From contig OZ024742.1 of NCBI GenBank assembly GCA_964016885.1, positions 144,770,001-144,834,000 of the forward strand: DNA of 64,000 bases, written 5' to 3'. The position numbers were made by a program, and so were the translations under genes. Every line of letters begins with the position of its first letter. Position 1 is the stretch's first letter. Of this stretch, positions 13,655 to 29,294 are shown one piece after another. Under the pieces are notes generated by a model. That model did no database searches. It worked only from the letters and a program-made list of their open reading frames with translations, and was not told where the DNA came from. The stretch comes from Eledone cirrhosa. Taxonomy: Eukaryota.

Positions 13655-14318
13655 AGTGAGTGTTTAATACTAACAATAAGTGCGAATCTCTGTACATATG
13701 TGTCCACGTCAGCTTCTGGTTTTTGCATTACGAAAAATATTTTCTCCTCGAATTATGGCCGTTTCACTATACTGTGTGTTTTCTTAGAAAATCGTTACCG
13801 GTTCGAACCTCATTGAAGTTGGTGTGCTTGACTCTTTCAGTCACGCCTCTTATAATATTCCATCTTTACTTTATTAAGTTAGGGCTCATTCTTTCGCAGA
13901 GAATAAAAGTCCCTTATGTTAAATTAAATAAACTACAAACAAAATATGTCGGTGTGAGTCCCTATCATTTGCGTGCCGAAAATGCAGCTTTACCTTTTTA
14001 TACATTTATTTATTATTTACAATGATAGATACATTAGGAAACATACAAACACTCGCATCACTGTCTGGAGGGTGATATTTCTGACACACACACACACACA
14101 CGCACACACAAATATATATATATATATATATATACACATACATCCATACACACGCACATATATACTGTTGAATAGATTTGGTAGAAGTATCCGAGGGTAA
14201 GAGCACTCAGTCCATAAGGTGAGTTAAGTATAATTAGTTACAACAGTGAGATATACAAGTACTTAAGATTCGTTGGGTTATACACCCCAACACATTCAGC
14301 CTGTTCTATAAAACCACG

Positions 14319-14319
<1 letters not shown>

Positions 14320-14379
<60 letters not shown>

Positions 14380-14434
14380 GTGTGTCTGTGTGTGTGTGTT
14401 TGTCTGTATGTGTGTGTGCCTGTGTGTCTGAGTC

Positions 14435-14480
<46 letters not shown>

Positions 14481-14544
14481 TGTGTCTGTGTGTCTGTGTG
14501 TGTGTGTGTTTGTCTGTATGTGTGTGTGTCTGTGTGTCTGAGTC

Positions 14545-14590
<46 letters not shown>

Positions 14591-14676
14591 TGTGTGTTTG
14601 TGTGTTTGTGTGTCTGTGTGTCTGTGTGTGTGTGTGTTTGTCTGTATGTGTGTGTGTCTGTGTGTCTGAGTCTGCT

Positions 14677-14730
<54 letters not shown>
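14320..14730. repeat. (GT)n-derived compound repeat with a higher-order unit
   Basis: ttgtctgtatgtgtgtgt..ctgtgtgtctgagtctg occurs three times. Confidence 0.85.
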
Positions 14731-14731
<1 letters not shown>

Positions 14732-14937
14732 AATATGTGCATCTCAACGCAATTGGCCACAATAGTCGTCGATCACTATAAATAATAGTTGAGAAAATAA
14801 GGTGGAGACGGGAAAATGTGGATAGAGGGGCTTGTGAGGAATGGAACACCCGTATCTTTCGGATGCCACACATGTGTCTTAACTGCTGCACTGAAGAACT
14901 GTTGTCCAACAGACATTCTTTAGCCGATATTATCTAC

Positions 14938-15120
14938 TGGTGAATTGGCAGTATCGGTAGAGGGTCGGACGCCATGCTTTCTAGCATAGTTACGTCCCTT
15001 TACATTCTGAGTTCAAATCCCGCCGAGGTTGACTTTGCCTTTCATCCTTACGGGGTCGATAAAATAAAGTACCAGTAATGTACTGGGTAATTGCTGGCCT
15101 TGTGCCTAAAGTAGAAACAA
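14938..15120 (+). mobile_element. CORE-like SINE with 10-bp TSD
   Basis: attatctact on both flanks; same family as 8836-9019. Confidence 0.88.
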
Positions 15121-15286
15121 TTATCTACTATTATGTATGATGGTCGTCTACTATTATGGTCATTTGCGTTGGTTCGTACACATTACAAATTTCGAAATTT
15201 CCCATTGCGTCTTCAGTCAACTGCATTGATTACACTTGGAGCTTTAAGCTTAAAATCTTTTAAACAGACGGAACTTGTATATATAT

Positions 15287-15866
<580 letters not shown>

Positions 15867-16004
15867 AAGGAAGTTATAGTTCACTTGAAGCATTGTGTAA
15901 TGATGTATAAACGTTTGTATTTGTAAAGCCAAAACAATGCAGGTATGGATATAGAATATAAATGCAAATGCAAAAGATATTTTACCTTAAATTTATTTAA
16001 ATGT

Positions 16005-16039
16005 CCTTAATTTTCGAGATAATATCTCTTCTTCGGAGG
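16005..16039 (-). ncRNA. Minimal hammerhead variant (U4C) in the PLE 3' repeat; second copy at 17406-17440 (plus)
   Basis: cct-CCGAAGA-a-gagat(att)atctc-GAAA-at-TA-agg; same sense as the GIY-YIG frame. Confidence 0.5.
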
Positions 16040-16430
16040 GAAATAAAGCGGTTAAACCAGTGTTCTAAATAGCTTGCCAAGTCATGCTGATAGGAAATAG
16101 TATAGAGTATCTGTTCTATCTCTAATGTCAAAGAGTTAAGGTTAGGTGGATAAAGAGTAGTTACCCTTTAAAAGGGGTTTTGTGCATATATGTTTAAGTG
16201 TGTGGGAGAATACGTGAAGGTGTAAGTATGTGTGTATGTGTGAGTGTGAGAAGATATGCCTATACGTAAATGCGGGGGATAGATGCTCTCTCGTGTTAGA
16301 ACTGGTCTTTGTGTGTGTATGTGTGTGAGAGAGAATAAGTGGAGGTGTAAGCGTCTGTGTGTGTATGTGTGCGTGTGTGTGCGTGTGCGTGTGTGTGGGA
16401 GGGGGTGTAAGTATGGGGCTAGATGCTCTA

Positions 16431-17069
16431 TCAAGTTATAAATTGGGTGTTGAGTTCTAGTCTATTATTGATTGGGGGCTGTGTTTTGTCTATAATTAGT
16501 GCTTCCTTAATTCTAAGATTGCCGAGGTTTCTTTCCTTAGTTTCTATCCTAACTGTTATGGTTTTGTCGGTGTTGTTGCATTTCACTAGGTGTTTCTTAA
16601 ATGAGGAAGCGTTAGTATTGAGGTGTTCTTTTATTCTTATGTGAAGTGGTCTGGTGGTGCTACCTACGTAGAAGTTGCTGCATTTGTAGCACTTTAGTCT
16701 GTATATGACGTAAGCCTGGTGGCATAGGTCTGTGTCGTTGATGGGGCAGTTGGCTAGCCTGCAGCGGCTGTCATGTCTGGTGGAGTGTCTTTTTGTTAGC
16801 TGTCCGCGCAGAGAAGGTCCTGAGTGGGCTAGTTGGATATCTAGTCCCTCTCGTCTGATAGCTCTGCGGATGGCTGTTGTTGTTTCGTCACTGAAGTGTG
16901 GGAGCTTCAGGAAGCAAGTGTTAGTGCCTCGGGTGTGGTGTCCTCTGTTCTTTCTGGCACGGTTCGTGGTGGATGTCGGGTATCCGTTCAGTTTGAGTAC
17001 TTCCAGGAAATGTGTGGTGTGTGTGTCTCGGTCTCTAGCGTCGGTGCATTTGTTCCGGATACGTGTTTT
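16431..17069 (-). pseudogene. PLE ORF C-terminus (RT thumb, Cys linker, GIY-YIG endonuclease); 212 uninterrupted codons, no Met
   Basis: Hand translation: FLEVLKLNGYP...FLKLPHFSD...CRLANCPINDTDLCHQAYVIYRLKCYKCSNFYVGSTTRPLHIRIKEHL...LRIKEALII...PPINN...stop. Confidence 0.9.
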
Positions 17070-17548
17070 CTATAAAAAAAAAGCCGCCAGCAGGGACCTG
17101 TTCGTACATTTCAGATCGGCCCTCCCAGCTGGCGCTAAGCTCGGATACATAAGGAACGAACCTACACGAATCCGGAACAAATGCACCGACGCTAGAGACC
17201 GAAACACACACACACATACTTACACCTTCACGTATTCTCACACGCACTTAAACATACATGTACAAAACCCCTTTTAAAGGGAGACTACTCTTTATCCACC
17301 TAACCTTAACTCTTTGACATTAGAGATAGAACAGATACTTTATACCATTTCCTGTCAGCATGACTTGGCAAGCTATTTAGAACACTGGTTTAACCGCCTT
17401 ACTTCCCACCGAAGAAGAGATATTATCTCGAAAATTAAGGACATTTAAATAAATTTAAGGTAAAAGACTAATTGTCAACAATATCTTTTGCATTTGCATT
17501 TATATTCTATGTCCATACCTGCATTGTTTTGGCTTTACAAATACAAAC

Positions 17549-18222
<674 letters not shown>

Positions 18223-18228
18223 TATATA

Positions 18229-18630
18229 TGGAAAAAATGAAATTTCATTTCTCACTCTTAGTACGGCTGATACCTAAATATAAGTATGTATACGCACATA
18301 CATATATGTATACAAACGTACTGTAGTATGTATATACATACATACATGCACACGTACGTATGGGTTTACCGAACATTTATTATAATGTTCGGTTAGTTTG
18401 TAAACAAACAGCCCGAATTATTAGCCGTACAGTGTTGCCATTTTGTTCAACACTGACAAAGGAACGATGAACTAGTTTCTTGCTTATTAACTGTCATCAG
18501 CAAACAAACCGAACATTATAATAAATGTTCGGTAAAGCCATGCGTACATATATATATGTGTGCATGTATGTATGTATATACATACTACTGTACGTCTGTA
18601 TACATATATGTATGTAGTATACATACTTAT
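18229..18630 (-). mobile_element. Fold-back element, family D, with decayed hammerhead at 18461-18504
   Basis: 18278-18410 is the inverse of 18500-18630; ~50-nt tail on the left. Homologous to 39100-39470. Confidence 0.7.
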
Positions 18631-18636
18631 ATATAT

Positions 18637-19358
<722 letters not shown>

Positions 19359-20628
19359 ACACACTCAAACAGAGTCTCGTTCTTTGAAAACGGCGAGTCG
19401 GATAAAAATCCACTCAAAGGAGAACCTTTGCGATTTGAAGACAGAAACTTCCTTTATGGGTGCTCAGTTTATGGAAAGCAAGAAGAAAGATAACTCCTAT
19501 ACCCTTGGCATATCCACATGTTTTGGAAGAATTCGAAACAATACAGTGAAGGCAAACTATCAGCTAACTTGGTAAAAGAAACGGACATGTTTCGATTTTA
19601 TTAGATCTCCTCGGTGAAACATAATCCCTTTGCAGGCAGACATGGCCAAGAATGGTCTGTTTGGAAAGAAGAAAGAAATAATGCATTTATTATGTATATC
19701 AATAAAGGGTAGAGCGAAAATGCTTGAAAGGAATGCTATGCATATAGTGTATACTTTCGCTGTCTGAATATGGCGCGTGAAAAAAAGAAGTGAACAATAG
19801 CTTCTGTATATAACGAGCGTCACTCTCTTGGTCAGCGTTTTTGCCACCGGCAAGAACGAGTGAAGATTGATGTGAGTTGTGCTCCCTCATATACCTGGTT
19901 GAAAGAAGCTGGAAATTCTCAAAAAAATAAGTGACCTTAATGTTGCTATGTAGCATGGTTTCTTTTGGGATTTTCTCCCTTAAACATTAATGACTATCAA
20001 CAACCTATACCACAGGGAAATAGTTAACTATTCAAGACAATGGTGTTTAGCACCACAAGGCATCACATACATCACGGACCCGTATTATCTATAAATTGAT
20101 TATGATTATGTTATTGATTATTTTATATATCTACATGTCATATTTTCAGGTAAGTATTAAAAAAAAAAAAACCGTATTTCATCCCTTAAGATAAAGTTAT
20201 AATGGGAAATTTTATGATCATGTTAACAACTCAACTCAGATATTTAGACCTTTGTGTCATCTGATATAACCTTTCCCTTTTAATGACGATAGAGTGTGAT
20301 TTGAGTGTAATTTGGCTGCTATTTCAATCATCTTTTCATTACTTAGGCAGGAGAATTGGCAGTGTTTATGGTAATTTACAGAGCTTCTTAAACTGGTGGG
20401 GAGGTAGAAAGTACCCTCAAACCAGACACCGGATCCAAAAGGTTTAAATATCATCGGTTCCGTTAAAAGCAACCAAGATTCGGGTGGTGGTGTTAAACCG
20501 GGTGACAGATTATATTTACCCCAGAAGCAGACGACAGTAGAATTTGAACACAGAATGCGAAAGCCAGAACAAATATCACATAGCCTCCCGTTCGTCGCTC
20601 TATGGGATACCACCAGTCCACCGCTCTA

Positions 20629-20908
20629 TAAAGTCTGTCTCAAGCCCGGAGGCTTATCAGGCCGGTGCCTATTCCGGTTTCCATGGTGTTAAATGACTGA
20701 GAGTACAAGACTTCCCACTGGTGAGGACGCCAGTCCATCGCAGGGTTAACCTCCCAGCTATTACTGGTACTCATTTTCAGCTGAGTATACTGTTACAACG
20801 TGAAATGAAGTGCTTTGATCAAGAATACAACACAACTCAGTCAAGGAATCGAATTCATGACGTTATAATTGTACGACCAACACCCTTACCAATAGGCCAT
20901 GTTCCTCC
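20629..20908 (-). mobile_element. tRNA-derived SINE with a V/Meta-SINE-like central domain
   Basis: Minus strand tggcctattggtaagg...ttcgattcc...aaccctgcgatggactggcgtcc...ggaaaccgg...ccggcctgat. Confidence 0.7.
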
Positions 20909-21784
20909 ATTGTACCGCTCTATACTGATACTTTATTTATCGACCATGAAAGTCCTCGGCGAGATTTGATTTCAAACCACAATGTACCACAGTAAATACG
21001 CAATTCGTTGAACCTCTAATGCTTCTACCAACTTGCCACGTTAGAGTTTTCCTATTAGAAATAGCAGCCAAATTATCCTAAAAATATCACATTTTATTGT
21101 TTTTCAAAATGACACATTATATAAGTAAATGTCTAATAATGTTACTCGTAACTTCAATATGTTTCTTTGGGTGGTGGGGAATGGGGATAGGAGAATGTCT
21201 CGAGTTTTTCTTATCTGTTACTTATTTTCTACATATAAGCTTACTCAACAAGTACAATGCCAAATAAAATCTGTATTTTTTTTTTTTATTGTTAGCGTAC
21301 AATAAAATATTTTTGAAAGACGAAAAAAAAATTACAGACGTATTCTGTTCAACTACCACTTAATATGACATCCACAGCTTTTTATTATTCACAGTTAGTA
21401 GCAAAATTGTTAGCGACACTGAATAGTTTTTTTTTTCCTACTACGAATGCATGCAAAAAAGTAACCATTTGGGATATACACATCCTGTCTGTGGTAGGTA
21501 GAGTTCTCTCCTACATCTTTTTATGCAGGATGTCTCATGGACCTAAGCTATTTAGGACATAAAGCGAAGTTATACTTACATAATCGAGAAGTGTTAGATT
21601 TCTTTAACGCTTTTATTTGATTCTTTTTTACATGAATTCATATGCTGCGTAAGTGAATTGTGTGTATCTATGGTATATATATGTGTTGAGTGTGTGAAAG
21701 ATTTGTCGTTGAGAATATGGAATTATTTGACAGGCACAAACGCACGCACACACACATGTGTATGTATGTTTGTATGTATATATG

Positions 21785-21884
<100 letters not shown>

Positions 21885-22279
21885 CAGACGTATATATGCG
21901 CGTGTGTATGTGTTTCTATTGGGTAGGATATAAACCGTTTACCACATTGACAGCTAACATTTTGTTTTAAAATACCTTCTGTTAATATGCTTCTTTGATG
22001 AAAGCTATGAAAGACGCTTAGTGCACAAGCAGTGAATGAATAAAATATTTCTTAGATGTATAACATGCTATTTTTCTCTAATTTTTCTATATATGTCATT
22101 ACTACTACACAATATCTTCGTGCTACCTACTTGAATTGTATTTATTTATTATTAACGCAATAAGCAGAAGACTTCTCAGTTGTGTGACCCGAAGAATGTT
22201 GGACCTACTGTGAAATAACCCGAATAAATAGAACATAGTAGGTGATTTTATGCACATAGCTCTGCTACATAAATAGTTA

Positions 22280-22610
22280 GAGATTTTGACAAGAAGTTGG
22301 CGAATGTCGTAAATAGTTTAGTAAGAGGCGTACAAACCTGTGTCATTCCTGGCAGATCTAATCACAACATTTACCTCATTACATCATAGAGCTAGTTGTT
22401 ACTAAAACTGGCTTTAATGGATTCTGGACAATTTAGATGTGTCTAAAACATTCGACATGTCTTGGATGCCACTTTTCATTTCTCCTGCAGATGCCGTGTT
22501 GCAAAGCCATCTTCGAATATTCCTCTAATATGATGTTGATCACATCGATTTCCGATGTGTTTTGCACCAGGATGATGGTGTCGTCTGCATATCCAGACGT
22601 GCCTCTCCCA
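22280..22610. mobile_element. Rearranged L1/Tx1-like RT fragments in opposite orientations
   Basis: Plus strand VQTCVIPGRS and LDVSKTFD; minus strand SGYADDTIILV (YADD at 22580-22591). Confidence 0.65.
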
Positions 22611-23162
22611 TATCTCCATTTAAACGTGCTACCCTCAACATTTCCTATCTCAAGAACAAAGTCTCAAGTGACAAAAAGATACAAGTTTTTCTCCGAGAAT
22701 GATGAAAGAGAAAATCCTGTAGTTTAGAAAACTTTACGTTTCTTCCTTTTCTTGTATAATGGTAATTGGAATAAATCAAAGTCTTTAGTGGAATAAATAG
22801 TGGAAATTATATTTACTTTCATGTTTTCATGCGTTTTATGAATGTGTATATTAGTATGCCTATGGAGGATGTGTATACATTTACACAAACATAACATATG
22901 TGAGTATTCCACAATGCATTTATAGACATACCTGAATATAAATTTCTGTTTGTATAAATTTGGCACCCTCTCTCTCTCTCTCTCTTTCTCTTTCTCCCTC
23001 TCCCTCCCTCTTTCTCCCTCTCGCTCTCTTTCTCCCCCCCCTCACTCTCTCTCCATCTCTCTCTCCTCGCACACACAAACATATTTCTTTCCTCTCTATC
23101 TGGTTCTATACACAATGTGTATGTATATGTATGATGTCTTTATATGTATTAATATACATATA

Positions 23163-23350
<188 letters not shown>

Positions 23351-23673
23351 GAATTGTAAATGCTCTGCTACCGGAACTTGCCCTTTATACCTCCAGTTTG
23401 CCTATCGCTCCTGAAGAACAGAGCGATGTAAAGTGCATCGAGCTTATCTCATCTTACCAATGAAAATAGTGAAGTATTACACTCTAACCTCATATATATA
23501 AAACACAGTAAGGAGAGAAATACACATAAATATAAGTATCTGATAAGAGAGGATATAAACCACCAGGGTGAGGAACATACTGACTACGGATGGAGTGGTG
23601 AATACAAACTAATTAAAAGAATAAATCAAAGTGTACAAACCAGCCATTATAGCAATAAACACACAGACATACA

Positions 23674-23724
<51 letters not shown>

Positions 23725-23727
<3 letters not shown>

Positions 23728-23932
23728 CGAAGGAAATGTGGTAAGGAACCAGGTGGACCATAACGCACCAAAGTACTCAATACTTAGGGTAGTAGAGTGG
23801 GTAATAGGAACAAGTAAGACCCCGACGGCTGAGCTCAAGCCGTTTCGACGGCTAATTCTGTACCGAATTAGCTGTACAGAATTAGCCGTCGAAACGGCTT
23901 GAGCTCAGCCGTCGGGGTCTTACTTGTTCCTA
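23725..23932 (-). mobile_element. Family A fold-back element in (TA)n
   Basis: Same arms and tail as 9551-9764 but a different centre. Confidence 0.8.
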
Positions 23933-24219
23933 TATATATATATATATATGAATAAAGTTAGTCCTTCATCAGTGATCTTCCAACCATCATTGGTATTTCA
24001 TCGGTATTTAAAGACCATATACCTCCGGTTGGTGCGAGCAACGGCTAAAAAAAGTCGTTGGGACACGTAAATAAAGGGGACACGAGAGTGTAAACAAACA
24101 AAGATGGTGAAGCAACGAAAAGTGAGGAAGAAAGAGTCAAGTCCCAAATTTCCATGAATATATATATATATATATATAAATATATATATATAAATGTATA
24201 TATATATATATATATATTC

Positions 24220-24512
24220 AGAAGGCGCTTGGCTTAGTGGTTGGGCTTACAATCGAAAGGTTGTGAGTTCGATTCTTGGACCGGGTGATGCGTTGTGTCC
24301 TTGAGCAAGCCACTTTATTTCACGTTGCTCCAGTTTACTCAGCTGTAAAAATGAGTTGCGACGTCACTGATGCTAAGCTGTATCGGCCATAGCCTTTCCC
24401 TTGGACATCATCGGTGGCGTGAAGTGGGGAGGCTGGTATGTATGGGCGACTGCCTCGAAGGGAAACTTTCTAGGTGCAAATCACATGGTCATTCGTGACC
24501 GAAGGGGGTCTT
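24220..24512 (+). mobile_element. tRNA-derived SINE
   Basis: tggcttagtggtt and gagttcgattc boxes, then gtgtccttgagcaagccacttta. Confidence 0.8.
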
Positions 24513-24539
24513 CGATATTCAGAAAAGAGAGACGAACAC

Positions 24540-24607
<68 letters not shown>

Positions 24608-25516
24608 TAGATTGAGTTGGAAACTGAAAATAGTCTTTAAATAGCTCAAGGAAGGGAATCTTTCCGAACCGTGTAATACAATTGAATATATGAGAGGGAT
24701 GAATACCGATATAAGTATATATGTGTTCCAATTGCAAATGACCAAGTTAGCTAGGTTGAAAAAATACTAATTTAAAACAATATAGTTTGCCTGTCTTGAT
24801 TTAAAGTAAAAAAATCAATAAAAATAACAAACCTATATTGGGCAACTGCCTTCGATACCCGGACAGATCTAAAATTTGTTTCGAAAGAATTATTAAGTGA
24901 AAGCCACCATTCCTGTGCTATTCTGCGGCTATCCAGGAAATTCGTACCTTTCACTTCAAAAGATCTAAGAAGACTGAACTATGTGTTGATATAAAAGCAC
25001 ATGTTGCAGCGCCTAGCGCGTCTCATACTTATGCCGCTAAAAATAGCAGCAGGTTTTATGAGACTAAAGTTAGCTCTACATATGGAGCCGAGAATATCAT
25101 AGATTGAGTTAGAAACTCAAAATAGTCTTTTACAATTAAATAGCTCAAGGAAAGGAATCTTTCCGAGCCGTGTAATACAAAGGCCATTTGCAATTTGAAC
25201 ACATGTATACTTCTATCGGTGTTCATCCCTCTCATATATTCAATTGTAGATATATATATATGCATGCGTTCAAATCACAAGGGACAGAAACCGTTACGGT
25301 GAAGAAAATACTGACTAAAGATAGTATGGTTCACAGGACACAATTAAAAGGATAAATCAAAATATACAAACCTACTTTGATAACTATGTTTCGCAATTCA
25401 GTGAAGAGGGTTATTGGTTCGATGCTTTTCAATGGATGTTTCCAACCAGTATATCCCTCACTACTAAATTTCTTAGAAGACTAAATAACGAACATGTGTT
25501 AAGAGAAAAGCACATG

Positions 25517-25553
<37 letters not shown>

Positions 25554-25698
25554 ATAATAATAAATTTGAAGACTAAAATCCAAAGAGGGCTCGATAAGGA
25601 TAAATATATATCAAATATATAAGAACCGTAGACATATATGTTGATTTAAAACTGCACTATCCACAAGTGTTTTTTAACCTTCATATCATGTCTTCCTG

Positions 25699-25765
25699 TT
25701 TTATCTGATGAAAACACAAATATTATTGCATGATGATATTTGTTTTTGAAATGCGCATAATAAAA
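25699..25765 (+). ncRNA. Type I hammerhead ribozyme motif
   Basis: ttttat-CTGATGA-aaacacaaatattatt(gc)atgatgatatttgttttt-GAAA-tgcgca-TA-ataaaa; palindromic ATGCGCAT. Confidence 0.78.
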
Positions 25766-25890
25766 TACATGGAACTCTTTTAACCATCTTTTGTTCTTAT
25801 ATATTATTTATACTCCAGTCCTACAAATTGTAGAGTGCTTCTTATCCGATATCTGCATTGCTTTATTGTACTACAATAAAACTCACCTCC

Positions 25891-26317
<427 letters not shown>

Positions 26318-26323
26318 GTGAAC

Positions 26324-26357
<34 letters not shown>

Positions 26358-27073
26358 GTTCACACGTACACACACACATATAGATGTATGTTATGTATAT
26401 ATATATATATATATACATTATTGTAAAACAGAAAGAGTCTGACTGAGAGGATGGGTTTGGAGAGCAATAACTGATATTAAACTGAGCGTAAGTAAATAAA
26501 GTAACACAAAATTACAGGAATGCTATTCCGGGGAATTGAAACCGCTATGACGTGAACGTATAGGCTGTATTAACCAAATCAGAATTATTGAATAACATCT
26601 GAATGAAATCAGATTTTTGAAAACTTCCACTTATTCCCCTTTCTTTCAGTTAATAATTCAATATTTTCATTTTTATATTCTTAAAAATAAACAGTTATGA
26701 AATATATCCGATTTCAAGGCTATATTTATGGTTTACAATTTCATAATCGTAAACTTGCTTTAAATATGTTTCGTTTTGAAAATTGAAAAGTTTTTATTTT
26801 TCTAATTTTATGAAAACGTATTAATATTTTATCCAGGCAACAATATCTTTCGCTGGGAGATATGTTTCTTGGAATATTTGAGTAAATTCGAGAAAGTATG
26901 CAATTTGCTAATATCTTTATTTGATCTGTTCAAACAAATACTGCGTATTGAGTGTCTTGGATGCGATGTAGATTTACACAAGTTAATATGTGATGGAAAG
27001 TTGCGAGTAAAAACACATTTGTATTTTTAGTGGATTAAGCTGAAGACAAGCATGAGATGAGAAAGACTTCGGG

Positions 27074-27107
<34 letters not shown>

Positions 27108-27604
27108 TGGCTGCCAACTCGTTTTCGAGTACGGCCACTACTTTATATCCGTGTAGGAGAACTCCTACCGATGCGCTGAACGAGTGTGACTTTTTAGTCC
27201 AGCCAGCGACTTGAAAACTCTGGTACAAACACTACACTTGTGACAATTACTGACACATAGTGCTGGGCCCATGGTACCATGTGACGACAAGTGCAGAGAG
27301 ATCTCCAGATATAAAGCAATACCTGTGCCGTGAAGCTTTTATAGTGAGCAAAGGCACTGCACAAAGCCAGTCCCACTCTCTTAACCAAGATGATATTTAC
27401 CAAAAAGAAGAACAAGTCAACATCATTGGATACCATCAGGGTTGCAGGTGTTATATCAGAGTTTTCCTTCTCCTAGAATTTTGCCTTTACAAAGGCTAAT
27501 GGGTCATCTCTCCCAGTGATTTTGGATGGCCATTGACTCTTAAGAGCTCCTTTGTCTTTGACAGGTTTTGTTTTTAGTCCTGCAGGATGTCCAAAGTCAC
27601 CCTC

Positions 27605-27765
27605 CTCATTAGGGTAATTATTCGTTCGTCAATACATAAGCCACACGTCAGATTTCCCCTTGCGTATGGCTTGGACTTAGTGATGGCTTTCCATTGAATG
27701 GAGTACCCTATACTTGAGTCCTTGAGGGACCATACGTGGCTCCCATACGGATTCTTTGTAATTTT
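27605..27765 (-). mobile_element. PLE endonuclease C-terminal fragment
   Basis: SHVWSLKDSSIGYSIQWKAITKSKPYARGNLTCGLCIDER; same motif type as 57700-57880. Confidence 0.7.
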
Positions 27766-27922
27766 ATTTTTAAATTTTTTTATTTTATTTTCAACCAAAA
27801 AACTTTCCGGACTTTCGCAGTTATCTCCCTTACACCCCCCACACGCAGTCTACTATTGCCTGTGTGAAGTGACCGAGTTTCTGCGCATACGCGTTCGTAC
27901 GGTTGTCCTTCCTTTTCCTATA

Positions 27923-27980
27923 ACCATACACATCCCGAGCTGAAGATCCGCGAAGGTGAAACAATTGTTCTCGGTATGGT
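27923..27980 (+). ncRNA. Type I hammerhead motif with extended stem I
   Basis: accatac..ccgag-CTGAAGA-tcc(gcgaa)ggt-GAAA-caattg-TT-ctcggtatggt. Confidence 0.72.
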
Positions 27981-28111
27981 GAACTAACTGCTGCGTAACC
28001 ACTTCTATCTAACTCGTCCCTTGGACTGAGTGCTCTACCACTACGGATATTACCTTCCAGTGTTCCATCACTATATATATATGTGTGTGTGTGTATAAAT
28101 ATATATATATA

Positions 28112-28199
28112 TAGAATAAGTAAAAGCGAAGTAGTTTCAGTCACTCCTATGTGGAAAAAGTACGTTGAGTGCTTGAATTGAATTGCATCAATGTTTACC

Positions 28200-28203
<4 letters not shown>
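28112..28203 (+). mobile_element. Minimal family K fold-back (short inverted arm plus tail)
   Basis: aaaagcgaagtagtttcag then gtcactcctatgtggaa...tttacccta; both parts match 60346-60450, in opposite orientations. Confidence 0.7.
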
Positions 28204-28252
<49 letters not shown>

Positions 28253-29294
28253 ATATATATATATATATACAGTGAAACAGACAGATGGATAAACTCAGTG
28301 TTTACAACGTTATAAACACGTTATAAACACTAATTCTTTCGATATTATTATGACCGTTATATTTTTATTTGCTTTTAATGGTAAAAATTACACTATGACT
28401 TCTCTTTGCAACATGGCGCCTACTCCAATCTGTTTTATTCTAAATGTGACAAGAGTGAATCAAGAGGAAAATAAACAGAAAGGTGAGAAGCCCCCAAATC
28501 CCGATTTGAATGTAAAACAAGAAATATTATAATTTAAATGTTGTCATTAAATGCGTAATCGGCTCTCACTTAATCATGGATCCTTTAAAATAAGGACTTG
28601 AATACTGCGTTGTTGCTTTCCCCCCAGGTCAACAATATCGAGCAGACCTATGATCGGTTTACAATTATTGTCCCAGTGGGCACAGAATTTCGAGAAGCCC
28701 ATTCGCAGCCACCTACAAGCAGCTGGATCGAAGTAGTATTTCGCGAGAAATTGTGAATCGTACTCTCCTCCACCTACCTAAAATCAAAGCCATCATGAAA
28801 TTACAAAAATTCTAATTCGTGGATTCCAGGCCTACTTGGATTCACCTTTCACTTACTAGCAACACACTGTCCTGCATACACGTTTTGCTCAAACACCAGT
28901 GGACACAGGTATGATTTCAAAATATACTGGACAATTGGGCTTAAAAAGTTATACACAGTCTGAAAAATAGCGCTGTACAGTACAGCCCACATCCTATGAA
29001 AGACGTTATCAATTCAATAGCACAGCCAAAACTACACAATCTCTGCACACAACCCACGCCCTAAACAATAACCGCTAAACAAAACATCATACGTAACCGC
29101 TGACTGACACGATGACACCAGTAACTCACCCAATCGACACTCTAGACAACTGCAAATCATTAATGCAACACAGGCCACACCCCACATATCCGACACTGAG
29201 ATACTTAACATTCATTACATAACATATACAAAACATTCATCACACAACCAAAATCTTAAACTCTGCGTTGAGCAGAGTTATAGGCCGGACATTA

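Noticed and set aside
19370-20100. Gypsy integrase remnant (QWC..QGITYITDPYY near 20040-20090)
   Set aside because: Only one weak motif, with no LTRs or continuous frame.
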